A stretch of 43,905 nt of DNA from Acidobacteriota bacterium (GTDB taxonomy: Bacteria > Acidobacteriota > Terriglobia > 2-12-FULL-54-10): NCBI GenBank assembly GCA_022567475.1, contig JADFGZ010000002.1:1-43905 (forward strand). The letters run 5' to 3'. Shown piece by piece: positions 8,250 through 17,401 of the stretch. The notes below the pieces were generated by a model that made no database searches, was not told where the DNA came from, and was given only the letters and a program-made list of their open reading frames with translations. Every line of letters begins with the position of its first letter. The first letter of the stretch is position 1. A program made the translations under genes and the position numbers.

Positions 8250-9248
8250 ATGGAACAGCTTAAAGATATGTCAACAGGATTAAAGAAGATTTTCGGAGAA
8301 TCGGAGCGGATTGTCGTGCTTGCCGCCGACCACAGATATTTCGGCGTCGTCGCCGGCCTGGAAAAACCCGGCGAGGTGCTTTCCCCGCTCCTCGATTATG
8401 TGGACGTGCTGATGACCGATCCCGGCGTTCTGCGCCATGCGTTCAAAGGCAGAGTGAACCTGCCGGTGATGCTGCGCGCCTCCGGATGCTCCACCACCAT
8501 GAACGTCCCCGTGCCCGGCTATCTCCAGGAGCCAGCCAAGCTCGCCTACCAGCAACGCACCGGCAAGGATTTCGACAAGGCCTACCAGGAATACAAAGCA
8601 AAAATAGACTCCGGAACGGCCACGGGCGAAGATTTTGACGAGTTCCAGCTTCTCGACAGCGTCGTGAACGTTCCCGACACCATCGCCAATGAAAGGCTGA
8701 TCCTGCAGGCCGAAGACGTGCAAAAAGAAGGGGGGGCGGGCGCCGCCGTCTCGGTTTACTTGAAGACGGAACACCAGTCGCAGACGCTCGACAATCTGGC
8801 CAGCATGTCGCGCGCGGCCCGGAAGATCGATCTTCCCATACTCGGCGTTGTGGCCGTGGGAACCGCGCTGGGATATCTGGAGAAAGACTCCGACTTCCTG
8901 ACGCGGGCCGGAGCCATCCTGGTGGCGCACGGCGCCGACATCATCAAGACCTATAATTGCGGAAAGGGGTTTGAGCGGGTGATCGAGGCCGCCGGCGTTC
9001 CCGTCATCGTGGCAGGCGGCAAGATGCCCAAGGGCGTGGATGAAACCAAAGACAGCCTGGAGCTGGCCTACGACTCCATCCAGAAAGGCGCCAAGGGGAT
9101 CGACTTCGGGCGGCGCGTTTGGAGACACAAGCAGCCGGTAGCCATGATACGGGCGTTGCGGGCGGTGATCCATGACGGCATGCAACCCAAGGAAGCCTAT
9201 CAATTGTTTCAGGAGTTGAAGAGGAGTAAAAAGGGGAGCAAAGGATGA
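8250..9248 (+). CDS. LsrF/DhnA-type class I aldolase/thiolase with a ~55-aa internal insertion
   Basis: LAADHRYF, PVMLRASG, GADIIKTY (catalytic Lys), VPVIVAGG and GIDFGR match the LsrF pattern; the N-terminal extension in the ORF track overlaps the previous gene and is ignored. Confidence 0.8.
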   Translation: MEQLKDMSTGLKKIFGESERIVVLAADHRYFGVVAGLEKPGEVLSPLLDYVDVLMTDPGVLRHAFKGRVNLPVMLRASGCSTTMNVPVPGYLQEPAKLAYQQRTGKDFDKAYQEYKAKIDSGTATGEDFDEFQLLDSVVNVPDTIANERLILQAEDVQKEGGAGAAVSVYLKTEHQSQTLDNLASMSRAARKIDLPILGVVAVGTALGYLEKDSDFLTRAGAILVAHGADIIKTYNCGKGFERVIEAAGVPVIVAGGKMPKGVDETKDSLELAYDSIQKGAKGIDFGRRVWRHKQPVAMIRALRAVIHDGMQPKEAYQLFQELKRSKKGSKG

Positions 9249-10276
9249 CCATTCCTGAGACGATGAAGCTCGGCCTGTACTTCAGCAACGAGGACGTGCA
9301 GGTGGAGCAAAGGCCGGTGCCCGAAATCGGCCAGAACGAGGTCCTGGTGGAGGTCGCCGCATGCGGCATCTGCGGCAGCGACACCATGCGGTGGTATCGC
9401 GAGCCGGGCACGCGGGAGAAAGGCGGCATCAATACGGGGCATGAAATCGCAGGCCGCATCGTTCAGGCGGGCGAGTCGGTCCGCAATTTCAAAACCGGCG
9501 ACCGGGTCGTCGTCTCCCACCATTTCCCCTGCCTGCAATGCGTCCCGTGCCAGGACGGAAACGAGACGGCATGCGAGGAAATGCACCGGAAGCACATCGA
9601 GCCGGGCGGCTTTTCGCAATACGTCCGGCTCTTTGATCCATGCATCGAGAAAGGATTGTTTGCTCTGCCCGACAGCATGACCTTCGAGCAGGGCTCCTTT
9701 GTCGAGCCGCTCGCCTGCGTTGTGCGCGGCGTGCGAAAGACCGCTCCGATTGAATCCCGCACCGTGCTGGTGCTGGGAAGCGGCCTGGCGGGCTTGCTCC
9801 ACATCAAGCTGGCCCGCGCGCTCGGCGCCGGCAGAATTTACGCCGTCGATACCAACCAAAAACGGCTGGAGGCTGCCTCACAAAACGGCGCGGATGAAAT
9901 GATTTGCGCTACGGACAAACTGCCGCGCGCCGACCGCGTTTTTGTCTGCACCGGATCGCAAAAGGCCGCAGAAAGCGCGCTCGATTGCGTGAACCTCGGC
10001 GGGCACATCCTGTTTTTTGCCGCCGACGGCCCGGATAAAAAACTGCTGATCCCGCTGACCAAATTCTGGACCACGCAGCCTTCCCTCAGCTTCAGCTATG
10101 GAGCCGCGCCGCGCGACATGAAGGAAGCGATGGAGCTGATTCGCAGCGGAAAGGTCACCGTCGATGGCTTGGTCACACACCGGTTCGGAATCGATCAAAT
10201 CGCCCAGGCGTTCGACCTGGTGGCGAATCCCAGGGATAATTCTCTGAAGGTGATTATCGAACCGAACCGGCGGTGA
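9245..10276 (+). CDS. Zn-dependent alcohol/polyol dehydrogenase (MDR family)
   Basis: CGICGSD, GHE, structural Zn motif CxxCxxCx7C, EPLACV and GSGLAG; ATGA overlap with the upstream gene. Confidence 0.92.
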   Translation: MTIPETMKLGLYFSNEDVQVEQRPVPEIGQNEVLVEVAACGICGSDTMRWYREPGTREKGGINTGHEIAGRIVQAGESVRNFKTGDRVVVSHHFPCLQCVPCQDGNETACEEMHRKHIEPGGFSQYVRLFDPCIEKGLFALPDSMTFEQGSFVEPLACVVRGVRKTAPIESRTVLVLGSGLAGLLHIKLARALGAGRIYAVDTNQKRLEAASQNGADEMICATDKLPRADRVFVCTGSQKAAESALDCVNLGGHILFFAADGPDKKLLIPLTKFWTTQPSLSFSYGAAPRDMKEAMELIRSGKVTVDGLVTHRFGIDQIAQAFDLVANPRDNSLKVIIEPNRR

Positions 10277-11133
10277 CACCGCCTGCATCGCCGCCGAAGA
10301 TTTCACCAAATTCCATATCTCTTTCCGATTTTCTGTTCCCGCTAGAGAGGGATCACTTGCGGTACAACATCGTGACGCTCCAAGAAAAGCCGGAGCTAGC
10401 AGAACAAATCCTGCTCCTAAATCGCGCCGCATGGCCAAAGTTTTTGCTCCATGCTAATACTCTTCACTGGAATTCCCTTTACACGACTTTCACCGAATTT
10501 CAACTTGTGCTTTGCGATTTGTACGGTAACGTCATCGCTGTCGGACACACGATTCCACTTGTCTGGGACGGGAACCCGGCGAGCCTTCCTATGAACTTCG
10601 ACGATCTCTTGGAGCGGGCGATCATCTGCCACCAGCGCGGGCACAACGCTACTACACTGTCGGCGCTCGGGGCTGTCGTCGCACCAAGCCACCGAAGGCA
10701 AGGGCTCAGCGGCGCAATCCTGCGCGAGATGATAAAGCTTGCAACCCAACGCCGCCTCAATGACCTAATTGCCCCCGTTCGCCCCACCATGAAAGATCAA
10801 TATCCGCTAATCCCCATCGAACGCTACGTCGAATGGAAACGGCCGGATGGTTCGCCCTTCGATTTCTGGCTCCGCGTTCACTGGAGATTGGGCGGCGTCC
10901 AATTGCAGGTTGCTCCGGAGGCGATGCGCGTACAGGGCAGCGTGGCAGAATGGGAGGAGTGGACCGGAATGGAGTTTCCGGAGAGCGGCCGGTACGTGGT
11001 CCCCGGCGCTCTACAGCCCGTCTCCATTGACCGGGATAAGGACTGTGGCCTCTACTGCGACCCCAACGTTTGGGTGCGACATCCGATCTCCAAAATCGAT
11101 ACAGGAAATCCCAACACCCAGGCAGAACGGTAA
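10273..11133 (+). CDS. GNAT-fold N-acetyltransferase-like protein
   Basis: VAPSHRRQGLS acetyl-CoA-binding motif, APVRP, PFDFWLRVHWRLG and EWEEWT; start uncertain. Confidence 0.7.
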   Translation: MTPPASPPKISPNSISLSDFLFPLERDHLRYNIVTLQEKPELAEQILLLNRAAWPKFLLHANTLHWNSLYTTFTEFQLVLCDLYGNVIAVGHTIPLVWDGNPASLPMNFDDLLERAIICHQRGHNATTLSALGAVVAPSHRRQGLSGAILREMIKLATQRRLNDLIAPVRPTMKDQYPLIPIERYVEWKRPDGSPFDFWLRVHWRLGGVQLQVAPEAMRVQGSVAEWEEWTGMEFPESGRYVVPGALQPVSIDRDKDCGLYCDPNVWVRHPISKIDTGNPNTQAER

Positions 11134-11157
11134 GCAAAGGGCCTCGTACCGTCAGGC

Positions 11158-12726
11158 TTACAGCCTTCGTTCAACGGCGGGAAAATTTTCCCAGACTTTA
11201 ACGCCGCAGAAATGGCTGCCCTCGGTGCAGACCGGGTAAGCGTTGCCTTTCCGCACCACGCAGGGAGGTCCGATGTAGCGGGCCAGGCGGGGATGCACAC
11301 GGCGCACCTGCTCCAACTCTTCCATCGAAGCCCGGTAGATCTCCTCCTGAGCGTTGAAGCAGGTCCGCATGGTCCATTTGTGGATCAGGTGCAGCAGGCT
11401 GCCGCTTTCCACCATCCGGACGCTGACGGCGTTGGGAAGAACATAGATCGCCACCGACGGCGGCACGCCCAGCTCCAGCAGCCGGTTCTTGGCGCTCCAT
11501 GCTTCCTCCATCGCCTGCTGGTAGATTCCCTCCACCTCCGGGTTTCCAGCGATCAGGCCGGGAGTGATGTAGTCCGGCTCCGGACAGTCGGTGGCCGCGA
11601 GCAGCGGGCGCGAGGCAGGCACCATCCGGTGCCGCTGGTCTTGGGAGTCCGCCGTGTGGCTTAGTTTCTTGAGGAAGGTGTAGGAGACGTGATGCAGTGC
11701 CCGCATCATGGGCGAGTGGACGGCCAAGTCCAGCGTCTCGAGGCGATACCGGTTGTGCGCCGGATTCAGCAACTGTTCGAGCGCCTGATCGTCGTCCATC
11801 TGCCGTTGACTCAAGCCCAGCAGGTAGCGGAAGGAGCGCGCCACGATTGACTCCGCATCGGGCGAAGCCGAGATCATCCGCGAGGTCATATTGCCCAGCT
11901 CGCGGTCAAATTCCCGGCGTGCCTGGGCGGCCTCGGAAGCTCCGGCGCCGGCAACGAGCCGGGTCTCGGGAATTTGCTCCTCCTCCAGGGGACCGTCTCC
12001 GATGCGCTCAAAAAACTGCGGGTCAATTTCTTTTACCCGTTCCACCATCTGGTCGATGACCATGCCGGTCTCATAGGGGGTGTCCCCGGAGTTGCGCATC
12101 CGGTAGAGCCGGTGCAGAACCACGCCCGAGAGGGTGTGAACCATCGAAGTAAAAGCGGCGACCGGCAGAACGTAACGGGCCACCTCGATGGCTTTTTTCT
12201 CCACCTGCCGGTCAATGCGCTGGCGGCGTTTTTCCGCGCTCTGCGGGCCGATCTTCCACACCTCGTAGAGCGCCTCCCGCGTGCGTCCGGCAAGCTTCCC
12301 GGAGAGCAAACGGTAAAACTCCCAGGCACGCTCCACGGCGCGCATGTACACGCCCTGCGCCTCCCTGGCCAGGGGCGGAATAAAGGCCCGCGCCTGGTCC
12401 AGGCGCACGTAGCGCTGGCTGGACTGCTCCGAGTTATAAAACGGATGGCTGTGCAGAAAGTTCCACACAAACTGGCGGGAGACGTTCTCCAGGCCGAACT
12501 CGAAGTGGGCGTGCTGAAAGACGGTGTGGTGGCCGCCGTTGAAGGTGGCGGAGCCGATGGTGAGGCGCTGTTTCTCGGTGATCTCATCCGGCGAGATCAC
12601 CCGGGTTGAATAGCAACTCCGCGCCGCGGCGATGGCGGAATCAAAAGGCCGGTCCAAGTAGTTTCGCAGCGTGACCCGGGGCTCGGTCGTCACCACAAAC
12701 TGCCGCGCCGCGTTCGCAACATCCAT
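11158..12726 (-). CDS. thyX: FAD-dependent thymidylate synthase with two tandem Thy1 domains
   Basis: GHHTVFQHAHFEF, EQSSQRYV and EVARYVLP in domain 1; QRHR, YVLPNA and RTCFNAQEEI in domain 2. Confidence 0.88.
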   Translation of the reverse strand: MDVANAARQFVVTTEPRVTLRNYLDRPFDSAIAAARSCYSTRVISPDEITEKQRLTIGSATFNGGHHTVFQHAHFEFGLENVSRQFVWNFLHSHPFYNSEQSSQRYVRLDQARAFIPPLAREAQGVYMRAVERAWEFYRLLSGKLAGRTREALYEVWKIGPQSAEKRRQRIDRQVEKKAIEVARYVLPVAAFTSMVHTLSGVVLHRLYRMRNSGDTPYETGMVIDQMVERVKEIDPQFFERIGDGPLEEEQIPETRLVAGAGASEAAQARREFDRELGNMTSRMISASPDAESIVARSFRYLLGLSQRQMDDDQALEQLLNPAHNRYRLETLDLAVHSPMMRALHHVSYTFLKKLSHTADSQDQRHRMVPASRPLLAATDCPEPDYITPGLIAGNPEVEGIYQQAMEEAWSAKNRLLELGVPPSVAIYVLPNAVSVRMVESGSLLHLIHKWTMRTCFNAQEEIYRASMEELEQVRRVHPRLARYIGPPCVVRKGNAYPVCTEGSHFCGVKVWENFPAVERRL

Positions 12727-12797
12727 GGCGTGATTCTACCCGATGCGCAGGAACAAAAAAAGGGGAGGATTCGTGAGGGAGAAATTCTTGCAGGCGT

Positions 12798-13052
12798 CTA
12801 GGAAGCCGTTTCCGCCACGACAGTGGTCTCTTTCCCGGCGCCCGTGCTCCGCTTGCTGCCATACTTCCTGTTGAAACGCTCCACCCGGCCGGCGGTGTCC
12901 ACCAACCGCTGCTTGCCGGTAAAGAACGGATGACAGTTGGAACAAATCTCCAGGCGGAGGTCCCCCTGGCGCGTGGAACGGGTCTTGAAGGTGTTCCCGC
13001 AGGCGCAGGAGACTGACACTTCATAGTATTCCGGATGGATGTCGCTTTTCAT
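12798..13052 (-). CDS. rpmE: 50S ribosomal protein L31 (Zn-binding type)
   Basis: [25 protein letters not shown] and DTAGRVERF. Confidence 0.97.
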   Translation of the reverse strand: MKSDIHPEYYEVSVSCACGNTFKTRSTRQGDLRLEICSNCHPFFTGKQRLVDTAGRVERFNRKYGSKRSTGAGKETTVVAETAS

Positions 13053-13288
13053 CGTCTTCCTTATCTTCCTGTGTGCACTAACCTTTATGCACTAACGTGG
13101 CAAGTAGTATACAGCATTTGATCTCGCGCCCGCAATTGCGAATCGCGGAATTTGGGCAACTCCTCCACCGTAAAACTGACCTGTAAAAAAACCCGCCTCG
13201 AAGAGACTAAAGTCACTGCGCTCGTATCCAGGAGGCGTTAGTTTTGGGACGGAAGAAGTTTTACTACCTTTTAAGGAGGCCAAGCAAA

Positions 13289-14035
13289 ATGCCCACTACA
13301 CGTGAAACCATCGGCAACGAAACCCTCGTCAGCGCGATCGTACGGTCGTATCCCGCCTCGGTCCGCGTCTTTCAAGAATATGGAATAGACTTCTGCTGCG
13401 GAGGAAGCAAACCGCTTTCGGAAGCTTGCCGGGAGAAGGACGTTTCCATCGACCGGTTGCTGGCTGACGTAGAGAAAGCCCGGCGGCCGCCCGAAGGCGC
13501 CGGGACCCGCGACTGGAACGCGGGGCCCCTGGGTGAATTGATCGATCATATCCTGGATACACATCACGCCTATCTCAGGACGGAGTTGCCTCGCCTGGCA
13601 CGGATGCTTGCCCAGGTGATCGAGAAGCATGGCGAAAAGCATTCAGAATCTCTTCCCGCCCTGGATGAGACCTATACAGGACTCAAGAAGGAGCTGACCG
13701 ACCACATGTGGAAGGAAGAAAACGTGCTTTTTCCTCTTGTCAAGGAGCTCGAACGGACCCAAAGCTCCGGCTCGGGCGCAGGGCCGCAGAGAATGCCGGT
13801 GAGCGCCCCCATTATGGTCATGGAACAGGAGCACGAGGCGGCGGCGGCCGCCATGCGCAAGATGCGTCGCCTGACCGGGGACTACACACCGCCCGAGGAC
13901 GCCTGCAACACCTACCGGGCGCTTCTCGATGGCCTCCAGCGGTTCGAGGCGGATACTCACCAGCACATTCACCTGGAGAACAACATCCTGTTCCCGAAGG
14001 CCATCGAGCTGCAAGAATCGCTCTCCGGCCCGTAG
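13289..14035 (+). CDS. ric: Iron-sulfur cluster repair di-iron protein (Ric/ScdA/YtfE)
   Basis: DFCCGG, HHAYLR, HMWKEE, MEQEH and HIHLENNILFP; AAGGAGG RBS before the ATG at 13289. Confidence 0.95.
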   Translation: MPTTRETIGNETLVSAIVRSYPASVRVFQEYGIDFCCGGSKPLSEACREKDVSIDRLLADVEKARRPPEGAGTRDWNAGPLGELIDHILDTHHAYLRTELPRLARMLAQVIEKHGEKHSESLPALDETYTGLKKELTDHMWKEENVLFPLVKELERTQSSGSGAGPQRMPVSAPIMVMEQEHEAAAAAMRKMRRLTGDYTPPEDACNTYRALLDGLQRFEADTHQHIHLENNILFPKAIELQESLSGP

Positions 14036-14115
14036 GCATTCTGTCCGACACACGAGGCGGTACGGTGAAACAACGGTGGAACAGCGGAGATGAGCGGTTA
14101 CGGAAAACCCGGAAG

Positions 14116-14145
14116 TTGACGCCTTCACCGGGCGGCCACTATAAT
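14116..14145 (+). promoter_or_regulatory. sigma70-type promoter upstream of lysS
   Basis: TTGACG-N18-TATAAT. Confidence 0.6.
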
Positions 14146-14280
14146 CTGGTTTTTCAAACCAATCCGCTGTTTCCACCGGGCCTCCATTGCAAGCACACAA
14201 ACTGCAAGGGCAGGCCAGCACAGAGGGAGCCGCTTCCGAGCCTCTCCCACCAGCAGGAAAACACCGGCAAGGAAATAATG

Positions 14281-14417
14281 GGAAGTGGGTCAGTTTCCGT
14301 TCGGCACGGCGTCACAGGATTTGTCAGGGCACGGTTATGACGGAGCCCCCAGCGCGCCGCTGTCAGCGTGCTGGGGTGTCTTGAACCGTTCCCTGACGTT
14401 GAAACTGACCCACTACC
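14281..14417. mobile_element. 137-bp MITE with 17-bp terminal inverted repeats and an 8-bp target-site duplication
   Basis: Left end GGAAGTGGGTCAGTTTC, right end GAAACTGACCCACTACC (16/17 inverted match); AAATAATG directly flanks both ends (14273-14280 and 14418-14425). Confidence 0.85.
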
Positions 14418-14432
14418 AAATAATGGTGCAGC

Positions 14433-15971
14433 TTGTCCTTTGACCTCGAGCTTTTCGAACAACGCCGCCAGAAGCTGCAACAGATTGAAGCTTTGGGCCA
14501 CGAGGCCTATCCCCACCGTTTTGCCTACACCCACACCCTGGAGCAGATCACCGCTGCCTATTCGGAAAAGACCGCCGAAGAGTTGACGAGCGAGAAACCC
14601 TCGGTGCGCATCTGCGGGCGAATGCAATCCATCCGCGGACACGGCAAGGCCGGCTTCGCCGACTTGGTCCAGGGCGGCCAGCGGCTGCAAATCTACGTTC
14701 GCAAGGATGCGCTGGGCGACAACGGCTTTGCGCTCTACCGGCTGCTGGACCTGGGGGACTTGGTCGGCGCAGAGGGTTATTTGTTTCGCACCAAAACCGG
14801 GGAACTCTCTCTCCACGCTACCACCGTGTCGCTGCTGGCCAAGGCGATGCTGCCCCTGCCGGAAAAATGGCACGGGCTGCAGGACGTAGAGGCACGCTAC
14901 CGCCAGCGCTATCTGGACCTGATTGCCAACCCGGAGGTGCGGCGCGTTTTTGCAGCACGGAGCCGTCTGGTGCGGGCGTTGCGGGAAGCCCTGGAGCGGC
15001 GCGGCTACATGGAGGTGGAGACGCCCATGATGCAGCCGATGGCCGGCGGAGCCACGGCGCATCCCTTCCGCACCCATCACAACGCCTTGAACCTGGACCT
15101 CTACCTGCGCATCGCGCCGGAGCTTTATTTGAAGCGCCTGGTGGTGGGAGGCTTCGACCGCGTCTATGAAATCAACCGGAACTTCCGCAATGAAGGAATC
15201 TCCACGCAGCACAACCCGGAGTTCACCATGCTGGAGTTCTATCAGGCCTACAGCGACTACAACGACCTGATGGAGATGACCGAGAAACTGCTGCCGGAGG
15301 TGGCCGAGGCGACCTGCGGGACGACCACCCTCAGCTACGGCGAGCACACCATCGACCTGTCGCGATTCTCCCGTTTCACCCTGCGGGAGGCCATCCGGGA
15401 GTTCTGGCCGGAAGAATCATCCCGGCCAACTCTGGAAGACTTCTCCGACCCGCAGCGGACCGGTGCGGCCATCGAGGCATGGAACCGTCTGCAAGGAGAG
15501 CATGACCGCCTCGTCATTCCGGCGGGCACATCGCAGGGGGCCACGCTGGCGCATCTGTTTGAAACCGTCTGCGAGCGAAAGCTGATCCAGCCGACGCTGA
15601 TCTATGAATTCCCCGTGGAGGTTTCGCCGCTCGCCAAAAGCAAGAAGGATGAGCCGGGATGGGTGGAGCGCTTTGAGCTCTTCGTGGCGGGGATGGAGAT
15701 CGCCAACGCCTACAGCGAGCTGAACGATCCGGAGGAGCAGCGGCGGCGCTTTGAATTGCAGGCCGCGCTGAAAGAGAAGGGCGACCGGGAAGCCCATGTA
15801 ATGGATGAAGACTACATCCGCTGCCTCAGCTACGGCATGCCGCCCACGGCCGGGGAAGGAATCGGGATCGACCGCCTGGTGATGATCCTGACCGGCTCCC
15901 GCTCCATCCGCGACGTGATCCTGTTCCCTTTGTTGCGACCCGAAAGCTCGCCGGCTCCGGCGGCGGAGTGA
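14433..15971 (+). CDS. lysS: Lysine--tRNA ligase (class II)
   Basis: [34 protein letters not shown] and [15 protein letters not shown]. Confidence 0.98.
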   Translation: MSFDLELFEQRRQKLQQIEALGHEAYPHRFAYTHTLEQITAAYSEKTAEELTSEKPSVRICGRMQSIRGHGKAGFADLVQGGQRLQIYVRKDALGDNGFALYRLLDLGDLVGAEGYLFRTKTGELSLHATTVSLLAKAMLPLPEKWHGLQDVEARYRQRYLDLIANPEVRRVFAARSRLVRALREALERRGYMEVETPMMQPMAGGATAHPFRTHHNALNLDLYLRIAPELYLKRLVVGGFDRVYEINRNFRNEGISTQHNPEFTMLEFYQAYSDYNDLMEMTEKLLPEVAEATCGTTTLSYGEHTIDLSRFSRFTLREAIREFWPEESSRPTLEDFSDPQRTGAAIEAWNRLQGEHDRLVIPAGTSQGATLAHLFETVCERKLIQPTLIYEFPVEVSPLAKSKKDEPGWVERFELFVAGMEIANAYSELNDPEEQRRRFELQAALKEKGDREAHVMDEDYIRCLSYGMPPTAGEGIGIDRLVMILTGSRSIRDVILFPLLRPESSPAPAAE

Positions 15972-16138
15972 ACCGGGCGGCGGGAACCTCTCCGAAGCGC
16001 CTGCCTTGCAAAATCTTTCCCGGGCGAACCATTCCAGGCATCCCCAAAAATCTCATACGAACACCGATCATCCGGCTTCTTGCCTTAAAATAGGGCAGGC
16101 GGAAAATCCAACTCAATGCCTGTGCCGCGGGGTGAATC

Positions 16139-17176
16139 ATGTCCGTTGATTGGGATGATTATCTGAATACTCCAGCAGGCTCCTACTGCGAGTGTCACCG
16201 GCAATGCCAGGATTGCTTCCAGCACGAGCTGAAAAATTTGCAACGCATCATTCAGCACAGAAAGCCGCAAGTCGTCGCCTGCCTGGGCGCCGGCGTGCTG
16301 AACGACATTCCCTACCGGACGCTGGTCCTCTCCGGCGCGACCGTCCATTTGGTGGACTGGCTGCCCGGCTCGCTCGAAAGCGGGATCGATCAATCCATTA
16401 TGACCAGCGACGAAGCCGGGGAGCCGCAATGCGTTTACTGCGATCAGCAGGTAAGCTGCCCGGAGGCCTACTGCGCCGGATATCGCAAAGCGAAGACGCT
16501 GCCTGCGCCTGTTTGCGACGCCTTCGTGCCCCTTCCGGGTAACCCTCTCCGTTGTGCCGCGTTCCGCAGCAGCGAGCGTCCCACGCTTCACTGCGAAGAC
16601 GTCACCTCAGGCTACGGTTCCGCATTCGCTCGCGGCGTGCTGGACCAACTGCGGGGCGTCCGTTCCTGGAGGCAGGCCTTCGGAAGGGGAAAAGCTTTGG
16701 CCGAGCGGGTCAGAGGACGGCACACGCCCCTCAACATTCCCGCTGGCAGCGCGCAATTGGTGACCTCCTCGCTGCTGTTGTCCCAATTTGAACACGAACC
16801 TTACGATTATTTTTCCCGCCGAGCCGCCGATCTGCTGGGCCCGCCGAAGGAAGCGGAAGAAAAGAGTCTTTCGCCGATGATGGATAAGCTGCGGACGACG
16901 CTGCTGCTGAATCAAGTCGAGGGGCACTGCGAAGCCATCAAGCGAATCCTGCATCCAGAGGGTTTGTGTTATATGTCGTTCGAGATGTTTCACTACGGCA
17001 CACCCAACGGCCGGTGGTTTCTGATCAACGCAATGCACCGGGCTATGGAAGTCGTGGGAAATCACTTTCATTTTAATTTCAACCTCCTGGAGGACCGGGA
17101 TCTCGCTACCCGCTTCGAGGTCGGCGGCACCCCCTCGATTGTGTTTCATTTCATCCTGGAGCCGAAAGAGGCCTAG
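16139..17176 (+). CDS. Hypothetical Cys-rich protein with a SAM-methyltransferase-like Rossmann motif
   Basis: 345-aa ORF co-oriented with its neighbours; VVACLGAG then VHLVD; 14 Cys. Confidence 0.65.
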   Translation: MSVDWDDYLNTPAGSYCECHRQCQDCFQHELKNLQRIIQHRKPQVVACLGAGVLNDIPYRTLVLSGATVHLVDWLPGSLESGIDQSIMTSDEAGEPQCVYCDQQVSCPEAYCAGYRKAKTLPAPVCDAFVPLPGNPLRCAAFRSSERPTLHCEDVTSGYGSAFARGVLDQLRGVRSWRQAFGRGKALAERVRGRHTPLNIPAGSAQLVTSSLLLSQFEHEPYDYFSRRAADLLGPPKEAEEKSLSPMMDKLRTTLLLNQVEGHCEAIKRILHPEGLCYMSFEMFHYGTPNGRWFLINAMHRAMEVVGNHFHFNFNLLEDRDLATRFEVGGTPSIVFHFILEPKEA

Positions 17177-17401
17177 CCCACGCCTAGGACAAAAAGCCTG
17201 TTCATTAGAACCCCTCTTCCATGGCCTGCGCCGTAACACCCGCAACGCTTTCCTCCGGGACTAAATCGCCCCTGCTAAGCCCGGGACAATCCGTTGATGA
17301 CAATCTTTGTTCACCTCATGGACTTCCAGCAAAAGAGAAGGCTCGTCGTTCAGCTTTTGCCCTAAAATAGGATTGGAGAAAAAATCCCTTCGATCCGATG
17401 A

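Noticed and set aside
12755-12797. Terminator after rpmE
   Set aside because: A U-tract is present on the minus strand but no convincing stem precedes it
13090-13275. FNR or NsrR site upstream of ric
   Set aside because: Only a TTGAT half-site and a weak AAGAAG...CCTTTT dyad; not enough to call
14281-14417. 6S RNA or riboswitch reading of the long hairpin (contains CTTGAACC)
   Set aside because: TIRs plus an exact 8-bp flanking duplication fit a MITE better; short for 6S and lacks a symmetric central bubble
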